DNA of 32,000 nt from positions 180,001 through 212,000 of the forward strand of contig NC_009927.1 of the NCBI RefSeq assembly GCF_000018105.1, in the 5' to 3' direction. Below are positions 14,265-22,266 of this stretch, in pieces. The notes beneath the pieces were generated by a model. The model did no database searches. It was not told where the DNA came from and worked only from the letters and a program-made list of their open reading frames with translations. Within the stretch, counting starts at the first letter, position 1, and each line of letters begins with the position of its first letter. The DNA comes from Acaryochloris marina MBIC11017. GTDB taxonomy: Bacteria; Cyanobacteriota; Cyanobacteriia; Thermosynechococcales; Thermosynechococcaceae. The position numbers and the translations under genes are program-made.

Positions 14265-16211
14265 TTAAGTCGGTTGCGTCAACCGACCGGATTCATTGAC
14301 AGCTAATGTAGGTAAGCACGGTATCCGGGTGCAATTATCAAATAAAAACCCCAGTTCTTGAATCTTTTTTCGGTGGGTCAAAATTGACTCTCCCAAGGCA
14401 GCAGATTCCGTAAAATTCTCGGGTTTCAACACTTTATCCACAGTCTTTTTGAATTCATCCCCATTTACAGGAGTTTCATAAGTCCACAACCAAAGTGGCA
14501 CTTTCTCTTCAATCACTCCTGAAATTAAGCTTCTTAATTCATCTATATCTTCTGGCAATGTCTCCCAAAGTTTAAAGACCAGTTTCTCCGGTAATTCGTC
14601 TTCAAATATTTCATCCGTGAAACACTCTACGCAACAGGTATGTTGATCTAGAGGTTGTTGCATAGTTTTTAACTGCTGCATTCTAACCTTTAAATCTTTA
14701 ATCCATAATTCAGACCAAAGTGGATCTAATAATCGATCTAATGAGCGAACAACAGTGTTGTATGGAAATCGCCAAAGTGGCTTACGACGTGTTTTTCCTA
14801 AACTCGTCCAAATTTTCCATTTGTGAACAGGCTGCCCAAAATGTTGCCAAGACAAGAAAATCTCAACCGCTCTCACTTCCCCCGCATTGGGAATTACTTC
14901 TGATAAGTGCTCCCATACTTGTTCAATCGAGCATTTAGGATAATCGGTTAATAAACTTGTTCTTGTTTGTTCTCCGCAAACATAGAGTTCCGCCAAAATT
15001 CGAACGGTATCTACCGTAGCACTTGCATCACCAGGTTCCGTATCTACAACAGGCTCTAATGTGACCAGAAGATATTTCTGACTCGGTTCTTGCTTTGGGT
15101 CAACTTCAAGCTCGGTGGGTGCGTTAGCGTCATACCATACCTGCCATTCAGGTTTTATTTCACATTCATTCTCATTGTTAGGAAAGTCTTGTAACTTTTT
15201 GATCAGATGACCGACCCAAGACACTGCCAACACCTGATCGTCCAACCGAATAAGGGCCTGCTTCAACGCGGCGAAGGTTTCAATCGAGCCTAGTAAATCG
15301 TCTTTACGATTGTCTAAAACCTCCCTCAGTGCAGCTTCAAGAAAATCTAGATCATAATCTCCCAAGCATATAAATAAATCGTCCCAAAACTTAGTCTCAA
15401 CCTTATAAGAAGTTTTCCCTACTCCAGGAATTCTGGGTTTAGGGTCATAATTTGCCAACAGGTGAAAAGCTAAAGCACTGGCATGATGAGAAGCCTTTTG
15501 CTGACGCTTATCTTCAGATTTTTGCCCCTTGCCATCATTCTTATGATCAATCAAGTCTGAGATGCCCCGAATCACAATAGCGGATAGTGGTTTGTCACGG
15601 GCATTGACAGCCTCAAGGAATCCATATCCTTCCATCTCCACGGCCAAAGCATCACTATAATTTTTTCGCAGCAATTTATAAACGTTCGACTCTTTTGAAG
15701 CCACTACCTTTTCGCCAACAGCGATTGGCCCCACCCTAAGGCGAGGGGTTGTATTATAAGGCTGTTTAACTCTTGCCAACCAATTTGGTGCTTCACTTCG
15801 GGCTTCTGCCTTGGCTTCCTCTACCAGGCTGAAGCCACTCAAGCCAATGTGAGGTCGTGGTTTGAATTCTTCCTCAGCCTTACCGGATTCATAGCCATAG
15901 ATTTTTGTAGACGCAACGACATCACCTATATCTACATCTTTTAGACCTCCCGCTACACCGACAAAGAAAACAACATCAGGATCAAAATATGTAATGGCCC
16001 GTTCTGTTTGTAGGGCAGATCTTGAGTCACCAGCTCCAGTCTGCACGATGCCTACTGTCCATATGCGACCATTCGCTTTAAATGTCCCCTTCTCATATCG
16101 ATTTCCTTCAGGATGAATAATGCGCGTGGGATCGGCGACAAACTTTCTTACTTCTTTAAATTCAACGGGTAATGCTGTCAGAATGACGGCTTTCAAGGAA
16201 TCCTGAACCAT
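14265..16211 (-). CDS. nucleoside phosphorylase/nucleosidase-fold (PNP_UDP_1-like) effector fused to a ~400-aa C-terminal region (vWA-MoxR-associated, VMAP-like)
   Basis: N-terminal 250 aa: AVILTALPVEF, VQTGAGDSRSAL, FFVGVAGGL, AVEMEGYGF and VIRGISDL. These are the conserved strands and loops of the MTA/SAH-nucleosidase / PNP fold. The stop lies 26 nt upstream of the MoxR start. Confidence 0.8.
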   Translation of the reverse strand: MVQDSLKAVILTALPVEFKEVRKFVADPTRIIHPEGNRYEKGTFKANGRIWTVGIVQTGAGDSRSALQTERAITYFDPDVVFFVGVAGGLKDVDIGDVVASTKIYGYESGKAEEEFKPRPHIGLSGFSLVEEAKAEARSEAPNWLARVKQPYNTTPRLRVGPIAVGEKVVASKESNVYKLLRKNYSDALAVEMEGYGFLEAVNARDKPLSAIVIRGISDLIDHKNDGKGQKSEDKRQQKASHHASALAFHLLANYDPKPRIPGVGKTSYKVETKFWDDLFICLGDYDLDFLEAALREVLDNRKDDLLGSIETFAALKQALIRLDDQVLAVSWVGHLIKKLQDFPNNENECEIKPEWQVWYDANAPTELEVDPKQEPSQKYLLVTLEPVVDTEPGDASATVDTVRILAELYVCGEQTRTSLLTDYPKCSIEQVWEHLSEVIPNAGEVRAVEIFLSWQHFGQPVHKWKIWTSLGKTRRKPLWRFPYNTVVRSLDRLLDPLWSELWIKDLKVRMQQLKTMQQPLDQHTCCVECFTDEIFEDELPEKLVFKLWETLPEDIDELRSLISGVIEEKVPLWLWTYETPVNGDEFKKTVDKVLKPENFTESAALGESILTHRKKIQELGFLFDNCTRIPCLPTLAVNESGRLTQPT

Positions 16212-16298
16212 TCAAATTTGTGATTTTTTTAGGGTTTCTAGTCTAATGCTCAGTAGAAAATACAAGTATAGTGATTAGGTAATACCATATTTAGAATA

Positions 16299-16853
16299 AT
16301 GGATCGAACTGAGAAAACATTACAAATATTTTTGGAAGAATATCGTGTCCTCAAAGCTGAACAAAATAGTCGAATCGGATTTCGAGACAATCTACTCTAT
16401 GTCACATTAGGTCTTTTTGGTGGAATCCTTTCTTTTGCCCTAACAAACGATAACGGGACAAACGCATTACTTGTTGTTCCTTGGGTCTGTATAGTTATGG
16501 GCTGGACCTATGTAGTCAATGATGAAAAGATTTCAGCGATAGGTCGCTATATTAGACACAATCTTGAAAAAAGGATTTCTAATCTCATTGAAGGGTCTGC
16601 AGATTCCGAATCTTTGTTTGGTTGGGAAAAAGCTCATCGCAGCGATTCTAAACGAACAAGTCGCAAATACTTACAGCTATTAGTAGACGAAGTTGCTTTT
16701 GTTTTTTCAGGCTTAGCAGCAATAGTTCTATTCTGCTTATCCAGTACTAATTGCCCAACCCCAATCATCATTTTAATAGCCTTTGAATCTTTCTTCCTCA
16801 TTAGTTTAGGAATCACAATTGCTATCTATGCTGATTTAGCAAAAGGACGCTGA
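16299..16853 (+). CDS. integral membrane protein (184 aa, about 4 TM), function unknown
   Basis: Hydrophobic segments LLYVTLGLFGGILSFAL, ALLVVPWVCIVMGWTYV, VAFVFSGLAAIVLFCL and IIILIAFESFFLISLGITIAIY. Divergent from the PNP-MoxR-vWA operon. Confidence 0.5.
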   Translation: MDRTEKTLQIFLEEYRVLKAEQNSRIGFRDNLLYVTLGLFGGILSFALTNDNGTNALLVVPWVCIVMGWTYVVNDEKISAIGRYIRHNLEKRISNLIEGSADSESLFGWEKAHRSDSKRTSRKYLQLLVDEVAFVFSGLAAIVLFCLSSTNCPTPIIILIAFESFFLISLGITIAIYADLAKGR

Positions 16854-16908
16854 ACTAGCCAGATTTCCAGTCATTATAAAAATTGCAAGAGGGAAAAAGG
16901 GTAAAGGG

Positions 16909-17709
16909 CTACTGAAGAGGCCTGGGCGCTGAACAAACTACTCGAAAACCGATATGGCTGAGGCGGCTCTCGGGGGAGTTGTAGGAGCGGCAAGCAGAGC
17001 GGCAATCCCACGGATAGCTGTACCAGGAGCCGCCGCGAATAACGCTAGAGTCATCAATTCTATCCCCCTCCCAAAAGGGGCTACCATCTGATGGCACGTC
17101 AAGGTAATCAGAGCCGTAGTAGTCTTGGCACCATTCCCAGACATTGCCATGCATATCATATAACCCCCAACGATTAGGGGAATAACTTTCAACAGCACTT
17201 GTTTGGCCTATCATTTCATCTTCTAAGTAATTTGCCAGTTTGGGAGTGATTTTTTGCCCAAAATGATATGCAGTCTGAGTTTCAGCTCTACAGGCATATT
17301 CCCACTGGGTTTCACTAGGTAAGTGAAAATTTTTTCCAGTCTTTGATGACAGGCGCTTGCAAAATTCTACTGCTTCATACCAACTTACCGACTCTACAGG
17401 GAAGTCATCACTTTCGAATGCTGAAGGTGATAGATCTACAGTTCCATCTTGTTCTTCATACCCGGCTACTACCCGCCACTGTTCCTGAGTAACAGGTGTA
17501 GTTCCCATCAAAAATTGAGGTAATTGGATACATTTTTGGCGTTGTTTATCTTGGGTGTCACCTGATTCATTTTCATCATTACTAATCCACAATTCCCCTG
17601 CAGGAATAAGCATTAATGTCAGTGGCACATCATCACCGAGATCTATGGTGTAGCTCTCATTCGTACACTCATATTCAAAGAGGGTGAGGGAATCAACAGT
17701 ATTAGCCAC
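16909..17709 (-). CDS. stand-alone FGE-sulfatase-fold protein, DGR target 4
   Basis: [42 protein letters not shown] and IRGGSW...CRSACR...[10 protein letters not shown]. More diverged in its N-terminal half than the other paralogues. Confidence 0.9.
   Translation of the reverse strand: MANTVDSLTLFEYECTNESYTIDLGDDVPLTLMLIPAGELWISNDENESGDTQDKQRQKCIQLPQFLMGTTPVTQEQWRVVAGYEEQDGTVDLSPSAFESDDFPVESVSWYEAVEFCKRLSSKTGKNFHLPSETQWEYACRAETQTAYHFGQKITPKLANYLEDEMIGQTSAVESYSPNRWGLYDMHGNVWEWCQDYYGSDYLDVPSDGSPFWEGDRIDDSSVIRGGSWYSYPWDCRSACRSYNSPESRLSHIGFRVVCSAPRPLQ
16922..17042 (-). repeat. DGR variable repeat VR4
   Basis: Encodes [37 protein letters not shown]. In the 81-nt variable core, all 16 mismatches to the TR are at TR adenines (hand alignment). 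Confidence 0.8.
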
Positions 17710-17855
17710 TGACCTAGAGAGAAGATGTTAGTGATTTTTAAGCAGATACATAATTTGATATTTGATCATTGTTGCACCATCTACTATATTTTTGGCCTTT
17801 CATAAGAATTTGCCTATCTATATAAATATAGGCCAACAATTTTTTGAGCTAGTCT
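17710..17855 (+). promoter_or_regulatory. candidate oriT / relaxase promoter region
   Basis: AT-rich intergenic segment directly upstream of the relaxase. It contains the inverted repeat TTGGCCT..(28 nt)..AGGCCAA enclosing GCCTAT-CTATATAA-ATAGGC (about 17793..17841). No nic site could be identified by eye. Confidence 0.3.
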
Positions 17856-20800
17856 ATGCTAAACATTACCACCATCAACTCAAATATCAAGGATGGGGCC
17901 AAGTACTACACCAAAGAAGAGAGTTACTACAGCCAAAACAAAGAAATTCAGAGCATGACTCAAACAGAATGGTTTGGCAGCATGGCACCGGATGAGCATT
18001 ACTCTGCCGAGCTTTTCACGGAGATGTTTTACGGCAACCTTCCCAACGGCGGGCGTATGCGAAATGAGGTCAAGGGAAAGGGCCAAGAACGCTTAGCTTA
18101 CGACCTTACATTCTCTGTTCCTGGTAAATCTCTCAGCATGTCTATCCACGGACCTAACGGAGATAAGCGACTCTGGAATGCCCACGTTGAGACTATCAAG
18201 GAAGTGCTGGCCATCGTAGAAGAACGCTACGCCGCCGCTAGAATTCAGGCCAACAATGATCGCCAAGTTGTGAAGACAAGCAGCATCGCCGCTGCCCTCG
18301 TCCACCACCATGAAACCAGAGCTGGGGATCCGCATGTACATACCCATGTCGTTCTTTTCAACGGCACCCTATGCCCGGACGGTGAATATAGGGCTATGTA
18401 TATCGAGCCTCTCATTAGAAGCGGTATTTTAGGCGATCTGTACGACCAGAAGATGGCCCTCAAAGTCCAAGAGCTGGGCTATGAAATCCGAGAGACAAAA
18501 ACAGGCTTTGACCTTGCCGGGGCTACAGATGAGCAGATTAAAAAATTCAGTAAGCGCTCAACGGAAATCGAGGATTATTTAAAAGAGAAAGGTTGGAGCA
18601 ACACCCCAAAAAATCGACAGAAGGCAACCTTTGAGACTCGAATCGGCAAGGATATTACGGAGTCATTAGAGCAGAAGCAGGAAAGATGGGGAGAAGAGAT
18701 GGCCTCAGTCGGTTTCCATGGCCTAACTCCTTCCGATCAACCTATCAAGCCTGAAAGCCAAGAGACACCCAGAGAGCTTTTAGACGCTGCTATCGAACAT
18801 CTAACAGAACATCAATCCTCGTTCAATGCCGAGGACATACAGCGGTTTGTGTTCTCTCACCTCCGAAGTTTTGATGAGAAGCCCTTGAACACCGAGATAT
18901 CCAAGCACCCGGACTTGCTAACTGCCTGGGATGGCCGACTGACTACACAGACCGCTGTCGATAGAGACCAACGAATTCTAGATATCGTCCTGTTTAAGGA
19001 TAGTAAGGTTGAACCGCTGAACCCAACCGCTGACTTTAGCGACACGATGTTAAACAGTGGTCAGGCCGAAGCCATGAAACGCTTACTCAGCTTTTCAGAT
19101 CAGTACCAAATCCTAAAGGGACTAGCAGGCACGGGGAAGACAACTGCTCTCGGCCTTGCAAGAGAGCAGTTACCCCCGGATGTCGATATCAAAGTTTTTG
19201 CACCTACCCACAACGCCAAACATCAAATCAGTGAGGCCTTTGGACTTAAGGGGGCAACCATAGCCAGCTTTGTTGTCAGCCCACCCCCAGAAGGGGCTAA
19301 CCAGCTTTGGATATTTGATGAAGCGGGCATGTTTGGCAGCGCAGACATGGAGAAGATACTTCAGAAAGCCGAACAGGTGGGGGCTAGGTGTTGGTTTGTC
19401 GGCGACACGGGTCAGAATGCCTCTATCTCTGCTGGTGCGCCTGTACGAATGCTGATGAATAGAGGGGTCACAGTTCACCGCCTTGACCAGATCATTAGAC
19501 AGCAAAACAAAGAACAGCTTAGGGCCGTTGAGCTTATCGCCGATGGTCACGGGGTTGAGGCTCTCAGAGCCTTAGAAAAAAATGGAAATATCAGAGAAGT
19601 CGAGGACTCGGAAACCAAGCTCACAAGTGCCGTTGCCTATTACATGGAGAAGCCTAAACATCGCCGAGACAAAACTCTCGTTGTGGTGGGGACCAATGCT
19701 GAGCGGTTTGGTTTTACCAAACTCCTAAGAGCCGAGCTTATCAAGGAAGGCCAGCTTACCAAGAATACAGAATTCACCCAGCTCCAGCGAAGAAACCTAT
19801 CTAAGGCCCAAAAGAAACGGGCCGAGAACTATAACAAGGGCGATTTACTGGTACTGCACAAGAAGCACCGACTCTATACCCAATTGCAGACCCATGTCCC
19901 TTATAAAGTCCTCGCCGTGGAGGGCAAAAAACTCAAGGTCCAATCACTGGGCGGTCGGAATTTCACCATCAATCCTGCAGAACATGAGTTAACCCAGGCT
20001 TATACGACAAGGCGCAATCAAATTGCTGTTGGTGATAAGCTCCGGTTCACTTCAACCAACATGAAAAAGGATATTCACAATAATGCTTTTTTGACCTGCA
20101 CCGATATCAAAGATCAGATTGCAACGGTCAAAGACAAACACGGTCGAGTGCATCACTTAGACCTCACCAAGCCCCTACAGATAGATCATGACTGGGCCAC
20201 TACCACTTATAGATCACAAGGTAGTACCAACTCAGAAACCCTCTATATTGCTAGCCTTAACCCTACCTCAGCTAGAGAATCCTTTTATGTTGGCATCTCC
20301 CGAAACAAGACTAAATACCTGACCGTATTTACGGAGGACCTGAGTAAGCTCCAAGAGTGGGTTGCACAGTCCAATGCTCAAGAGAACGCACTAGAGATAC
20401 TATTTGACCCCCATGCGGGCTGGAGTCCAACCTATGACAAGGAAGAACGGCCCTTTGGCTTGGATGAGGACACATGGACCGAGATGAAAGGTAGCGGTAT
20501 TCACCCCAACCTATTGACCTCGAACCATCTCCGAAGTGAAGCCCCCGATCCTTATGGATCTATCCGTGATAACCCACTAGTTGCAGCCCTCTTGGAGGCT
20601 GAGTTTACCAAGTCCAAATACGGCAAAGGCCAGGAAGTTACTGGCAAAATGAAACAATATCTACACGGTGCTTCGACAGTGGAAGGCCATACCGTCTATG
20701 ACCATGAAAAAGAATATGGTCGGATTGCTCAAGGTGGGGGTTGGATTGGTTATGGTGGCGTTGATTTGCTTTCAGTCATTGAGGGCAATCCTCAACCATC

Positions 20801-21809
20801 CCAGTATTGCCAGGTCAAACCTAAAACCCCCCGCATCTTTGACGGCAAAGAGAATAAGTATGAAACGCCGAAAGGGGTAGATCAACAAGTCTTCTTACCT
20901 CATATTCCCCATGAGATTGAGGAACGGATTTATCAGCGTAACGGTATCAGTCCCACCGCAGAGGAGCGGACTAAAGGTATCTGGTCTGTCGCGGACAAAT
21001 ACAATCTGCCCCTTGTCATCACAGAAGGCCTGAAAAAGACATGGGCATCCCTCAGCCAAGGTCACCTAACCGTAGGCTTGCCCGGTGTGACTGCCTTGTA
21101 CCGGGCTAAGAATGAACATGACGAGCGACTACCCCAGCGAGAGCTTACGGAATACGGCAAGGCCTTGGCTAAACCTGGCAGGCAAATCACGTTGGCCTTT
21201 GATCAAGACACGAAAGTATCGAGCATCCTAAATGTGCGCCGAGATTTGGTGAGAACAATCGAGCTAATGCAGACTAGGGGAGTTGTCTGCAAGATTGCCC
21301 AATGGAAGCCAGAGCTAGGTAAAGGCCTGGACGATCTAATTGTGAAAGCTGGCCCGAAAGCCTATAACCTTGCGATCGCAAATGCTGTTAGGCCTGATGC
21401 TGAAATTAAGCGTCACTATAGAACCCAGTACAACGCCATCACCAAGCGGGCTATAAAACGCTTCGGCGACATACCTAAAGAACGGCTGGACATGGAAGTT
21501 TACAGCTATTGCCTATCACCGGATAACGGCGCAACCATCAATGATGCCCATCGGTTCTTGTCCGCTTCGGATCACATGCGATCGGCTGAACCTGGGGACT
21601 ATAAGCGCTATATGCTGGCTATCCACAAAACCCATGGGATCTATCAGGATATTTTGGCCTCTGGTAAGCCACCTAATGAATTGGTGACAAAGCTGGTCGA
21701 GCATTCGGTTTATGAACAGCTAGCCGAAGAACTCAAAGAGAAAGACCTACTCTATCCAGAGCAGACCCTTTCAGATAATCAATCTCAGGGTTATTCAGTT
21801 GGGTTCTAG
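17856..21809 (+). CDS. MobF-type (TrwC/TraI-like) relaxase fused to a RecD-like helicase and a C-terminal Toprim (DUF3854-like) domain
   Basis: N-terminal Tyr pairs (AKYYTKEESYY). His-triad motif HHHETRAGDPHVHTHVVLFN. Helicase Walker A GLAGTGKTTAL, Walker B LWIFDEAGM and TTYRSQGST. C-terminal Toprim Glu VITEG and acidic AFDQDT. Confidence 0.9.
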   Translation: MLNITTINSNIKDGAKYYTKEESYYSQNKEIQSMTQTEWFGSMAPDEHYSAELFTEMFYGNLPNGGRMRNEVKGKGQERLAYDLTFSVPGKSLSMSIHGPNGDKRLWNAHVETIKEVLAIVEERYAAARIQANNDRQVVKTSSIAAALVHHHETRAGDPHVHTHVVLFNGTLCPDGEYRAMYIEPLIRSGILGDLYDQKMALKVQELGYEIRETKTGFDLAGATDEQIKKFSKRSTEIEDYLKEKGWSNTPKNRQKATFETRIGKDITESLEQKQERWGEEMASVGFHGLTPSDQPIKPESQETPRELLDAAIEHLTEHQSSFNAEDIQRFVFSHLRSFDEKPLNTEISKHPDLLTAWDGRLTTQTAVDRDQRILDIVLFKDSKVEPLNPTADFSDTMLNSGQAEAMKRLLSFSDQYQILKGLAGTGKTTALGLAREQLPPDVDIKVFAPTHNAKHQISEAFGLKGATIASFVVSPPPEGANQLWIFDEAGMFGSADMEKILQKAEQVGARCWFVGDTGQNASISAGAPVRMLMNRGVTVHRLDQIIRQQNKEQLRAVELIADGHGVEALRALEKNGNIREVEDSETKLTSAVAYYMEKPKHRRDKTLVVVGTNAERFGFTKLLRAELIKEGQLTKNTEFTQLQRRNLSKAQKKRAENYNKGDLLVLHKKHRLYTQLQTHVPYKVLAVEGKKLKVQSLGGRNFTINPAEHELTQAYTTRRNQIAVGDKLRFTSTNMKKDIHNNAFLTCTDIKDQIATVKDKHGRVHHLDLTKPLQIDHDWATTTYRSQGSTNSETLYIASLNPTSARESFYVGISRNKTKYLTVFTEDLSKLQEWVAQSNAQENALEILFDPHAGWSPTYDKEERPFGLDEDTWTEMKGSGIHPNLLTSNHLRSEAPDPYGSIRDNPLVAALLEAEFTKSKYGKGQEVTGKMKQYLHGASTVEGHTVYDHEKEYGRIAQGGGWIGYGGVDLLSVIEGNPQPSQYCQVKPKTPRIFDGKENKYETPKGVDQQVFLPHIPHEIEERIYQRNGISPTAEERTKGIWSVADKYNLPLVITEGLKKTWASLSQGHLTVGLPGVTALYRAKNEHDERLPQRELTEYGKALAKPGRQITLAFDQDTKVSSILNVRRDLVRTIELMQTRGVVCKIAQWKPELGKGLDDLIVKAGPKAYNLAIANAVRPDAEIKRHYRTQYNAITKRAIKRFGDIPKERLDMEVYSYCLSPDNGATINDAHRFLSASDHMRSAEPGDYKRYMLAIHKTHGIYQDILASGKPPNELVTKLVEHSVYEQLAEELKEKDLLYPEQTLSDNQSQGYSVGF

Positions 21810-22225
21810 GCCGGTTCTTGTTCCTTAGCTTTGGCCTTAGCCCGCACAAGGTTCCTCACCTTCAAGCCAACAAGACCCATGCCAACAATCACAAACGCAA
21901 TCCCCACAACGGGAATCAAAGGAAAGGAAGGACCGGCGACAGCGACAGGCGCACTAACTGGGCTGGCTGGCTCTTCCACGGGTATATAAGCGGGGGAAGA
22001 TTTATCTCTGGTCTCCCCTGGCACCGGTCCCTTGTTGATGGCTTCTAGGTCCACTTTTCGGTCAAATCTGAAAGCGACATCAAAGGAGGTAATTTCAACG
22101 CCGCATTCTCGGAAATCTGCAAAGGGAATCCTTAGTCGAGTGGAGTTTTTCGCGAAATCTTCCTTTGTCCATTCGCACATTGGTTTTGGCCTCGCTGGAT
22201 GTTGGCTAGCGAAAAGGGGCGACAC
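21806..22225 (-). CDS. tail-anchored membrane protein (139 aa)
   Basis: C-terminal TM LIPVVGIAFVIVGMGLVGL followed by a Lys-rich tail. Convergent with the relaxase and overlaps its stop by 4 nt. Confidence 0.4.
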   Translation of the reverse strand: MSPLFASQHPARPKPMCEWTKEDFAKNSTRLRIPFADFRECGVEITSFDVAFRFDRKVDLEAINKGPVPGETRDKSSPAYIPVEEPASPVSAPVAVAGPSFPLIPVVGIAFVIVGMGLVGLKVRNLVRAKAKAKEQEPA

Positions 22226-22266
22226 ACCTTATCACCCCTTTTTTACCATTAGTCTACGTTTTCTTG

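Noticed and set aside
17880-19550. Several 60-126-aa minus-strand ORFs inside the relaxase gene
   Set aside because: All are embedded antisense in a 1317-aa ORF with clear relaxase and helicase motifs. None has independent support.
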